A stretch of DNA of 63,470 nt, filler included, from Intoshia linei (Eukaryota; Animalia; Orthonectida): the NCBI GenBank assembly GCA_001642005.1. It is 5 parts of 5 records of this genome, joined end to end, with 100 filler letters (N's around TTAATTAATTAA, not from the genome) between each part and the next. Parts side by side here need not be neighbours in the genome. Positions count along the whole stretch, not along the records: positions 1 to 16,748 come from LWCA01000838.1; 4 more parts are not named here. One strand, given 5' to 3'. Position 1 is the first letter of the stretch. The number at the start of each line of letters is the position of its first letter. The notes beneath the pieces are model-generated. The model was not told where the DNA came from and searched no databases. It was given only the letters and a program-made list of their open reading frames with translations. Positions 1 to 11,247 of this stretch are shown piece after piece. The translations under genes and the position numbers were made by a program.

Positions 1-639
1 TACATAACATGCTATTTTTGCACTGTTAATAAAATTACCACTGTGCAAAAACAGGATGTTTAAAAAACAATACATAAACGAACAACGCAAAAATAGCATG
101 TTTAAAAATCAGCTCATATATTAACAACGCAAAAATAGCATGTTGAACTTTGAGTGTAATATTTATAATATTTAGTTAATATTTAGTAATAGGCGTAATA
201 TTTAGTTATGGGCTTCTACACTTTAAATTTATTTAAAAATGTAGTTTAAACTTTAAACAATTTCATACTTTTATCAAGTGTGTTTCATAGGTTGTATCCG
301 GTGACGTCCCGTCAGGGTAGGATTAGACTACAGAAGTAAACAAGTTAGTTAAAATTTATTGGTGCTAACTATATTGCTCATGGACAAGACAAATTAAACA
401 TACATTTTTTTAAATGGAATTCGAATATGAACCTAAACTATATCTCTAATCCTATATCTCAACTAGTTATCGCGAACTGTTTATAATTAAATTACAAACG
501 TGCCCACTGAATTAGAAATATTTTAAATTTATTTACATTTTAATTTATTTTAGTTAATATCAACTCATACATAAACTAAAGGCAAACACGTTATTTTTAT
601 TATGTGAAAGATTTTTTATTTACAAGACAAACAAAAATG

Positions 640-1462
640 AATTAATTAATTCTTCATAGTTTATAGTATAGAATAAACTGTAACGTTGCTACAATAAAAT
701 AAAATCCGTAACCATGTCTGCAAATTTTTTTTTTTGTTTTTAATTGTATTGCACCTTTTTTTCCCACGCAATGTCTACACAAAGCCGTCTTAAGCCACTT
801 CGGGGCCCTGGGCTTAGCAAAAGGCCGGGCCCTTTAAAATTTCGAGCGAAGCGATAAAAAAAATTAGGACCCCTGTTTAGAAGACAGGACATACTGTTGA
901 TTGGAATCTTAAAGTCTTATTTCATTGAGTATTAATAAGAGAAAATCAAAGATTTCCTACTTTCTTTTTTGAATATTTACTTTAATAGAAAGGTTTTAAT
1001 GTTTAATATTATCATTTGAAACAGTTTTTTATGTCAATATTATATGATGAACATTGTAGAATATATTTTAAATTGAATATTTACCAGAACTTTGATTCTT
1101 TAAACTATTTTCTTTCTAGCTATTTGAATTCCCACACTTCAAAACTTATAAACTGATTCTTAAAATATAAATGTGAAGTATTTTTTAATAAATTGGGGCC
1201 CTCTTTTTAAGATATAAATGTAAAGTACTTTTATTAATTTGGGCCCTTTTTTAATGAGGGGCTCTGGCTACAGCCCATAATGACCATGCCTTAAAACGGC
1301 TCTGTGTCTACATAAGGCCATTTTTCTCATTTCACTGACATCATCCCAATGAATTTTTATGAAATTGTCAAACGCCTCCAGCCAAGTATCCACATCCATA
1401 GATAAATCGCATGTTGGTAACAGCAATGGTTGAGGCTGTCCGAACAAGTGTAATGTTCGACA
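640..1462 (-). pseudogene. Degenerate Ty3/Gypsy gag-like fragment, split by the 780-1304 MITE
   Basis: The minus strand reads PQPLLLPTCDLSMDVDTWLEAFDNFIKIHWDDVSEMRK. After one frameshift and removal of the MITE it continues MALCRHCVGKKGAIQLKT, resembling the N-terminus of invertebrate Gypsy Gag (W..F.N...K.ALL.H.IG). Confidence 0.5.
780..1304. mobile_element. hAT-type MITE with terminal inverted repeats and a perfect 8-bp target site duplication
   Basis: Ends are CAAAGCCGTCTTAAG and CTTAAAACGGCTCTG. TGTCTACA flanks both sides (772-779 and 1305-1312). GGGCCC subterminal motifs are present. An internal piece recurs inverted at 16849-16900. Confidence 0.88.
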
Positions 1463-3924
1463 TTTTAACTTTCAATTAATTATTTATTTTAACAATGACG
1501 ATAACTAAACTATATTTATAACAACGATTGTATCTTGGATACTACAGGGTTTTCCTTGGTATCCCGTCAATTTCATTTAATTTATATTTGTTGATAATAT
1601 ATTAATGTACTATATTTATGTTAACTTGTTATGATTTTATCATTTAAAACTTTCATACAATAGCAACATTTTGAGCCGAAAAAAGTAAGTATAATTTAAA
1701 AAGACGGTGTAAATACTAAAGGTTATTTTAAGTCTGTCATTGTAAATTTAAATTAGTAATCAGTGGAAATTTGATCGTGAAAAAACTTGTTAATACATAC
1801 AGCAAATACTAAATTTAAACTTTATATTTCAAGATAATATAAAAACTTCACAATGAATTAATATAGAATATTGTGTATAAGATAAAGTAATATATGCTAT
1901 AATTTATTCATTTTATTTTTCAAAAAACTGCTTATTTCTTAAAAATACGAAAAGGTCACAGTTTATACAGAACATACGAAAAAGACCGCATTTTATTAAA
2001 TGTAGTTGTAAAAAAATAGTTCTAAAAAAATATTTTATTTTATTTAAGTAGTTATTTCAGTAGAACCAGCAAAAAGCCAACAGTGTACCCAGTCAGATGA
2101 AAATGGTAGGTCCTTATATAGAAATTATAAAATGGTTTTTCTATCCATTCGTACAATTCAGGGATAATCCAAATGTTTTTCAGCTTTTCGCTGCATGAGT
2201 AAAAAATGCTGCCTCGTGATACGCAATATATCATATATTAATTTAGAATAGAATTATACCGGTAATATGTCCGTAAAAGCAACCTTTCCACGGCCATTAT
2301 TAATACGTTTCACAAAATATGATGTTAAAACTTTTTTTCAGTCATAAAGACATACAATTTAACTTATGTTTGAATAGAATGGGGATCGAGTATTTTTTTT
2401 ATTTAAAAACACACGAGGAAATAGTTCCAGCACACGGATTCACAATGAAAGTACAACTTTTATTTACCACTGTAGTTGCACGGTGCACGTGTGGTGCAAC
2501 TTGCACCACACGTAATTCTTTTCAGATATAAATAAACAAAATATTTATTAAAAAAATAAAAAAAATATATTCATTAAACACCGAGTTTCCAATTAAATAA
2601 TTTTCAATAAATATCGAATATTTGCTGTATAAGCGGTCGACCGTCCTACAAATTTAGAGAAAACTATCATATTGTTAGATTTATTATTATAATATTATAT
2701 TTTTAGCTAAGCTATGTGTTTAAAATTGGATTTCATTGTATGACAGATGTTTTTTTAAAATATGGAAATGATGACATAATTAAATGTATTATATAAATAG
2801 CTGATATTTTTATGTATTATAGGCAATCCTCTTAAAGAAGCTATATTACCACCATACAAATTTATGTCAAGTTCACATTTTATTATTGTTGTTAAAATTT
2901 TCAAAAATTTTTCTTCTTTTCACGATTATCATAAAACTATCACACGCAACTTTATCAGTATTTGAACCTAATTTATAAAATTTTAGAACACCCCTACTGC
3001 ATATACATAATAATATAAACAGTGTATTAGTTGTAATAATAAATAAATAATTATGAATGATACATTGGCGAAAAAGTTGTCATGTGTGAACTGATCAATG
3101 ATAATATTCTTTTACAAATGACATTTCTGTTGATATATTTATATTTTGCCTTCGTTTCTGAAAATATTCAAATATAATTGTAATAAATGTAATTTAGATA
3201 ATCGGTCATCAAACTATTTGCTTTTTTATATGTCGTCAAATGAATAAACCTGGAATTCTACCTTTCTTTAAATTCGGAAATTTTTCTTTCACTAAATATT
3301 CAAAACATAGTAGTAATATAATATTGTAAATTTATTATAATGTGATTTAATATTAAAAAATCAAACGCTTATATGGACTGAGAAATGGTGATATAGTCAG
3401 ACAATTTAAATTTGAAGATAGGGATTCTTTATACGTAGGAAATTGATGTATTTCAAAAATAAAATTTTATCTTATTTATTATTTATTTTATTTGATACTT
3501 TAACCCAGGGGTGGGCAAACTTTTAGATCGGCGGGTAGTATTAACAAGTTATTTATAATTCGCGAACCGGACAATAGAATAATTGAAACATTTGACATGT
3601 CAATATAAAACTACAGTGCAATTATATTTAGGATTTTTAAATTGATTGCTTTATACTATAAGGCTTTATGCTATATAATATAATGATTTATTATAAAGTT
3701 TATAGCATGTGTTCTTAACCTGGGGTACAGGAAATATGATTAGTGTCACATGATCTATGTTATATCTTAAAATAATAACAAATGCATGAGAACCAATGAA
3801 AAAAATGTTGCCATAATATTTACTATGAAAAATGTTAGGAAAACAGAAAAAGATAAAGACGCGAGGGGTTTTTGTCACGAAAATAAAAAAAATTTATAAC
3901 ATTCTGCAGCAAATTAAATAAGAT

Positions 3925-4231
3925 TTTTTTTGCTTTATTTTTAAGATTATACACACATTCTGTCTAATAAATTAAAAAAATGGGATAATTGTTTTTAAAA
4001 TTATTTAGACAAATGTTAACAAAAAAAAATAATTCACTTTAAATTAAAAGGTAATGTCATATAACGGTTCCACGTGAAATAAGGTTGGGAATCACTGCTT
4101 TAAAATATTGATGATAGTGAATAGCATTTTTAAGTTAGATTTTCTTATTTAATTTATTTTTTTGGTAGAATAAAAATGTGCCTTCGGCAGAGCTAGATGC
4201 TGTTGGTAATTAGTACATAACAGTCAACTAG
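3925..4231 (+). mobile_element. Helitron 3' segment (hairpin + CTAG)
   Basis: Ends ...GCTGTTGGTAATTAGTACATAACAGTCAACTAG|T. Homologous to the copies at 22812, 27331, 31495, 33166, 38539 and 59500-59752. Confidence 0.75.
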
Positions 4232-4347
4232 TTAAATATAAATGATCTGTAACTTTATGTATGGATTATATAAAATACAATTTTATGTATCAAAAAATTG
4301 GTAGGTCATTTGATTAGTTTTTATAATATATATATAATTTTATATCA

Positions 4348-4440
4348 CTAGTTGACTGTTATGTACTGCGTACAAAAAGCATCTAGCTCTGCCGATGGCG
4401 CATTTTTATTCTACCAAAAAAATAAATTCAATAAGAAAAT
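4348..4440 (-). mobile_element. Helitron 3' end, opposite orientation
   Basis: A|CTAGTTGACTGTTATGTACTGCGTACAAAAAGCATCTAGCTCTGCCG is the reverse complement of about 4137-4231. Confidence 0.75.
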
Positions 4441-4755
4441 ATTTATTATGTCATAAAGATCAGTGTTGCATATCGATCTGCATTATTATGCAAACTACAC
4501 CAAAGTTAAATTATTATTTGCGTTAAACTAACGGCGATGATATTATTTATATATTTCTACTATTAGAAACGATATTCGAAAATACTCATTCAAAACAAAA
4601 AATGAATAAGTTGTATAAAATTTAGATTATATAAACACATGTTAACAAAAATGTTGTCATAAGAATAGTTTTAATGATTGCTTGAACAGTGTAGGATTGT
4701 AATAATAAATTCTTTTAATTTTTGCAAAAAATAACTACAATTATAATTTATATCA

Positions 4756-5616
4756 ATGACTATAATACGAAAACTGCCTTTGAAAAAATTTTTTCTTATA
4801 TTGTTTATTATACTGACAATAGTATTACTCTACTTGAACCTAGTAAAAAAGATTAAAAACTACACCCCAATAAAAAAGATTTTTGTACATTTCATAATAA
4901 TTGGTAACAAAGAATTATCGATAATAAACTATCTATCAATTATCAGCGCCTACGTAATTTACACGCCTGCAAAAATTTATATACACACTGATCAGTATCC
5001 GTACGGTAAATGGTGGACAAAATTGCTTCAAAAAGTTGATTACAATTCAATAATAATAAATAAGGTTAAATCTCCATCAACAATATTTGGCCAAGAAATC
5101 AAATTAATAGCTCATCAAATTGACATATTGCGAATTTTTATATTACTTGAATATGGAGGGATATATATTGATAATGATATCATTACAATGAAAAAATTGG
5201 ACGATTCAGTATTGGAAGCTTTAAATTCGGACGTGGCAATATTTGGTATAGACTCTTTAAAAACAACAAAATCATCCATTGTAGCATCAAATGCATTTAT
5301 TGGGTGTTACAACTGTACGTTTTTGCATATTCTGCTCGACTCTTACAAAGATTTTCGTCAAGATATTTATGATTATAATTCAGGTATTAATCTTGTGTTA
5401 CTGGTTGTTCAAAACACGAAAAAAGCAAAAATACTTAATAATCTGATTATTACTCCAAAAAACCCTAATACTCGACAAATTATAAATTTAAAAATGTATA
5501 ATTCATATCATTTACAAATGCACCGAAATAATTTGGATTTGGATAACTTTTCTAATCCAAACAGTACAATTTCTAAGAATTCGACTTTATACAAAATTAT
5601 GAAACTTTACATTTGA
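4756..5616 (+). CDS. GT32 family DXD glycosyltransferase (A4GNT/A4GALT-like), type II membrane protein, intronless
   Basis: 286-aa ORF with an N-terminal TM segment (FFLILFIILTIVLLYL), a HQIDILRIFILLEYGGIYIDND motif (Gly_transf_sug-type D..R...L..YGGIY.D.D) and a downstream SNAFIG motif. Confidence 0.88.
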   Translation: MTIIRKLPLKKFFLILFIILTIVLLYLNLVKKIKNYTPIKKIFVHFIIIGNKELSIINYLSIISAYVIYTPAKIYIHTDQYPYGKWWTKLLQKVDYNSIIINKVKSPSTIFGQEIKLIAHQIDILRIFILLEYGGIYIDNDIITMKKLDDSVLEALNSDVAIFGIDSLKTTKSSIVASNAFIGCYNCTFLHILLDSYKDFRQDIYDYNSGINLVLLVVQNTKKAKILNNLIITPKNPNTRQIINLKMYNSYHLQMHRNNLDLDNFSNPNSTISKNSTLYKIMKLYI

Positions 5617-5842
5617 TTATTTATTTATTGTTTATCAAATTTTACCACATGTTTCTACGTATTAATAAACACTAATTTTCATGAATTTTGAACTAATCAC
5701 AATATATAAATATTGGAATTATAAAAATGAATATAAAAAATAGTTTATCCATGACCATGCAATGTAAAAAGCCGGAATTATCTGGAAATAAATCTAATGG
5801 GGACGGTAATTGTTTTTCAATTCAATTTTTCTAAATTTTTAA

Positions 5843-8800
5843 ATGGCTTCTAGACGTAAATCTTTTAATGAAACATATGATGTGTATAGCCAAAAATCAT
5901 CTAAATTTGTATTCTAATCATAAAATAAGCTCAAATAACCATTTGAGAATAGAACAAAGGCAAAAAATGGTAATAAGGATTTAATATACACCTACCATTC
6001 AAAACATTAGATTAAACGTTCAAGGCAAGAAAATGATAAAAACAAACAAAAGTTAAAAATTAACAAAGAAATAGAACACGAAGCTCAAATATTGATAAAA
6101 AGGGTACATTTATTTATATTTACATTTTTATATGTATATTTTAATTTTAAATTATAAATACAGAAGTCTAAAATTGAAGAAAATGAAATTATTAAACAAA
6201 TGCAACAAGTTGATGGTATTTTTAATAAATTAAAGTCAAAATTCGATAAAGAACGAGAAACTGAAAAAAATAAAAAATTTAAGTAAAAAATAATAAGAGT
6301 AATTCATAAATTTTTAGTCTGATTCATCAGGAAATTGATACGTTATATAGTGAAAAATTGACAAATTTAAAAAAATATAAACAGTGCCAAGATGAACATG
6401 AAAAATGCTTGCATTTACAAATTACAAAACAACATGAATTACAAAAAAGAAAACACGACGTTGAAAACAAAATAAAAATATCGAATATGAAGGTTATATA
6501 TTAATACATTAATAATAATTTATAAAGCTAATAACAGAGTTAAACTTACTAAGCTCGAGACCACCGAAAATAATGAATAGGGCCCCAAAAAAATTTTGGA
6601 AACGAATTGTAGTGTCATATAACCCCTTATACCTATCCAAGGCTTATCTTTTTTATATAAATTAGTACATTTTATCCGATTGTTAGTAAATTCTAAATTT
6701 TTTTATTTGACAAAGCTTAAAAACATTTTTACTTTTTAATTTGGTAGTGATTTTAATTTTTAATTAGATTAAAAGAAGTACTTTTAATTTTTGGTTGCAA
6801 TATATTGTACACAAAAAGATAAAGATTATGAATTTTACAATGTTGTGTAATTATCGACGTTTGAATAAATTCTTTCATATATGGCTCCGAAATATGAAAG
6901 TAATTTTTAAGTTGATCATATTAATATGATTCTTTAAATTATGTTAATATTATCCATTTTAGATATTAAAATTAAATAAAGAAGAAATGTCAAAATTATC
7001 TTCAATAAAACATGAAAAGTAATACATTAAGCATGGTTTATGAAACGGGAGTCGCGACTCGCGAGAAGTTAAAAATTATTTTTTTTTGTTTTTTTTTTTA
7101 ATTTATTTTTATATACATTTAATAATTCAATTAGAATTGATAAAATTTATGTGCTACAGTGGTTGTCGATTTTGATCAACTCAGAATATTTGTTAAAATT
7201 TAAAAGCGACCAGTTTTACTAAGTATTTGTAATAATACAAAAAAAACTACACTCACCTGTCACGAAGCTGTGTCACATTTTACATATCGTCATACAATTT
7301 TTATAAAAATTAATCGATTAGAATAAACACCGTTCAATTTTTTAGCTCGGAGTTCATATTACTTTTTTTTATTAAAATATATTTAAAACGTAAATAACTG
7401 AATTTCATAACGACACAGTCAAATTTTCACAGTTAAAATAAATTTTTGGTAATTATAAATTTTTGAATTATTATATTTAACCAATATTACAAAAACCCCA
7501 TTTTATGGAAAAAACGTCCTGTGAGGTTAAATATTTTATTTTTTCTCTCCAAATTTGGTATATATCTTAGTGGGTCGTACATTAATCGTATCTATGTTTA
7601 AAATAAAATCATTGGCACCAATTAAGGAAAATGAGAAAAAGCGCGAGAAAACCTTAAAATGTAAAACCGCTTAATGTTTTTATGGTAAATTTTTTTAAAA
7701 ATATATTTTTTACGGGTTTTTAAATACCTTCTTCAGCGTGGTATAGGGTATTTTCAACAAAAATCAATTTTTGTAAAAAACGAACAGCCCTAATCTTTAT
7801 ATTGTAAAAAAATTAAAATAGTTATATTTCTATACGTATAGATTTTATTAGTAGCCGGAGTTTCACAAAAAAAATTGGCGCAAGGTATGTAAAAAATTGG
7901 CCACCCCTACCTTAAGGAATTAAGGGTATAGTAAAAATGGAAAGAAATATTAATTTTTTAAATTAAGTATCAGAACTTATAAATTATTTATTTTTAAAAA
8001 AAGCGTAACTGGGGTTAGAAGTCGAAGGTGGCATTTTTTATTTTTAAATTTTTGTTAATGTTTCCACCAAAAAAACTGACTTGGAATGTTTGGTTATAAA
8101 AGTTCTGGAACTTTTTGTTTATTATATAAATAATTACACAGACACGTTTTCATCAAAAATGTATTTATTTAAGTAAAGAATCCTTACTAAGGATAATTAT
8201 ACTGCAAATATATTGCAAATGTAATATATTGCAAATACATGATAAAAACGATTGTGCTTACCTGATCTGTAAATTTTATTATTATAATTATTTACGAATC
8301 GCTCTCTAATATTATAATTTATATTTAGGAATAATAACATTGCAAAAAATCATTACAATAAAACAATCCTAAATAAAAATTTTATTAAATGGAGAAGGTT
8401 TGCGAAAATTAATGTAATAAAGAATAAAATTAAATCAAAAAAAAATATGAATATGCTCCAAATTGAAAAATGTTTTAATAAACCAAAAAAAGAAGTGGGT
8501 AAATGTACAATATTTATCCAAATAACAATTTTTTTAAATTTAGTTGCGAAAAGGGAAAAATTTAATAAAAAACCCAAACAAAAGGTAGAAAAAATCCAAA
8601 ACATTATCAAAAAACAAAAAATGAAAATAGACATGAAATTAAGTGGAATAAAGATATTGAATCCTGCAATCCAAAGCTTTGAACGTAGTTATTTATAAAT
8701 GTTCATAAGTACAATTATAATTAATCCAACTACCAATGTATAGTTCTATAATTATCCAAGAATTATCTTTATATTTTATATTTGATTTATCTATTAAAAC

Positions 8801-10519
8801 TATATAATAAAATACAATATAATGTATATATTATTATTTTAGCTACGTCAACCGAAAACGAAGTTGAAAATATTACCTCCAAAATTGAAAATGGACCAAT
8901 TTTTACAATAATAATTACTAAAGAATCTGATAGAATTAAAAATATCAACAAAATTGAAACAATCTCAAACATTGAAAATAAAAAACCTTGTAAAAATCAC
9001 AAACTTCCCTTTAATTTACCGTACACGTTCATTATCACCTTATATTATTTGTTTAGTGTCAAATCTATAGTTCGGAAGCATATTGCCAAGACTGACAAAA
9101 GACACTTACAATTTTTAAAAAGTATGAAAATTAAATCATTTTAAAAACCACTCTATAGTTAGTAACTTATTATTATAGATATGAATGAAAAAGCTAAACT
9201 GAGAAGAAAAAATTTTAGTAAAATCAAACAAGAAACTATTATAAAAAGACTTGAAAAAAAAGTTATAATTATTAAGATGTAACAACATGTAAATTATTTT
9301 AGCAAATTATCTTAAAAAAAGAACAATATGAACAAATTTTGGAAATTGAAAGAAGAAAAAATTACGTTTCACCTTTGAAACAATATTTAATAAATACAGA
9401 ACAAGAGAAATTAATGCGTAAGAAGGCCATCCAAAAATACAAACAACAAATTGACACTGCAAAATCATTGCACATTAAATTTTTGATACGTCGATCATTA
9501 AAAATTTGGAAAAATTTTGTATTGTATAAAAAGCAACAATATATAAAATTTCATCAAATTTATCTCTTGAACATTCAGTTGTACTTATTTTATTGTCATA
9601 AATCATATTATTTAACTAGAAAATATTTTTACATGTGGAAAAGAAATATTAGATGTAATGTTCAAAATAAAAGTATATTGGCAAAATGTCACTATGAAAG
9701 ATCAATAAAAGTGAAGTTTCTTGGAGCTTTTAAAAAGGTATCTTTTATTTCATGTCATTTAAAATTTTGCATTCCAAAGCATACATATAACATTTTTTAT
9801 AAACCCATGGTCTATGCTTAGAAACCCTAAAGTCAAAAATTTCAGTACTATATAATAAATATTAATATTGATTATATAATATATTTTACTCTATTATATA
9901 CAGAATGTCCATTTACAATCCAATTATTTCAATGAATTAACAAATGTCCACAATTATTATTTGACTAAAAAGTGTTTCAAGATAATGAAATCCTTTACTA
10001 AAGTTGAAATTGAAAAAAATGATATAAAGATGATTATTGCCGTTAATTTTTGGAAAAGGTATATTCTTGCTTACATAAAGTACTAGTTTGAATGTAATTC
10101 GTATAAACAGCGAATAGTTAGGTCGAATGCCCACTTTTTAATTTTAAGATGGATTTCTAATGTACACTGCAATGTATTGTACTGCTTAACACTGAAAAAA
10201 GATTATGTGCAAATATTTTTCAGAATATACTTTTTATAGAGATTTTAGTCATTGCTAGTCATGATCAACATTTTTAAGCATGATGATTTTTTTCAGAATT
10301 ATTTCAAAAATTTTGTTGAAATCGAAGTTATAAAAAATTGGCTTGGGAGAAAATGGATTAACTAAAATATATATTAGAAATTTGACTAATGATTGCTTTA
10401 AAATTTGGAAAACATTTGGTTCAAGACTTAAAGATGCACAAAAAAGGCAAGAAAGAAAGAATATTTTTCGATTGAAAGCAAACAAAATATTACAATTATG
10501 CAAAATAATTAATAAATAA
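5843..10519 (+). CDS. Multi-exon coiled-coil protein with Sfi1-like Trp repeats, CCDC191-like
   Basis: ATG at 5843, with K/E/Q-rich exons separated by short GT-AG introns and one TE-filled intron (6493-8328). Repeats LIRRSLKIWKNFV, LTRKYFYMWKRNI and TNDCFKIWKTF are present. The last two exons (9904-10067, 10378-10519) join in frame. The 5' exon boundaries are not all resolved, and the family name is from memory of CCDC191. Confidence 0.6.
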
Positions 10520-11247
10520 TTTTTCAAAGCTTAGTGTATTTCCATTCAGTTTGTATTATACATTAGATCCTAAGGCAGTGGCGGATCTAAGATTTTCAGC
10601 CAGGGGGCAAAATAATTATTAGAAGCCAAACGCATATAATGTATTTAAATTGGAATTTTTATACGTGTATTATGTTTATTAAATATTTTTATCTATAATA
10701 ATAATTTATATTTGTTTCTGGTTTTAATTCTACTAAATTTTTCAATGTTTAACATTTAACTATTAATTTGTTTAACTATCAATATCGATATTTTCGGAAA
10801 CTCCTTTCGATTATGAACAAAATTAAGTGCGATAATTTAACTTTAACTGATGTTACTAGCAGGGATTGGAAATAATTGATTGCAATCAATTATTTTGTAT
10901 AAACCAATTAATTGTTTGCTACATATTAATTTTTTAATTAATTGGTTTTTTTCATATAACTGAAAAAATATAAATTGAATCTTTTTATTGATGATCAAAT
11001 TATCGAATTGATAAGAAAAATTATCTTTATGCAAAAAATAAAAAGAGTCTTAAAATTTTAAAAACACATATTCTTGTATGATTTTTTAAAATTAAAAGTA
11101 TTATAAATTGCAACCTCAAAATATCAAAACTATTCGTAAATTAAATATAATTATAATTAGAGAATGAATTGATTCATGATTCGAAAACTTGTGTGATATA
11201 AATTTATTTAAAACTTAATACATTAATAAATAAATGTATTAGTATTT

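Noticed and set aside
2052-2300. Coding-like minus-strand patch (NGRGKVAFTDILP and nearby peptides)
   Set aside because: I could not build a frame-consistent gene or recognise a family. It may be a pseudogene fragment.
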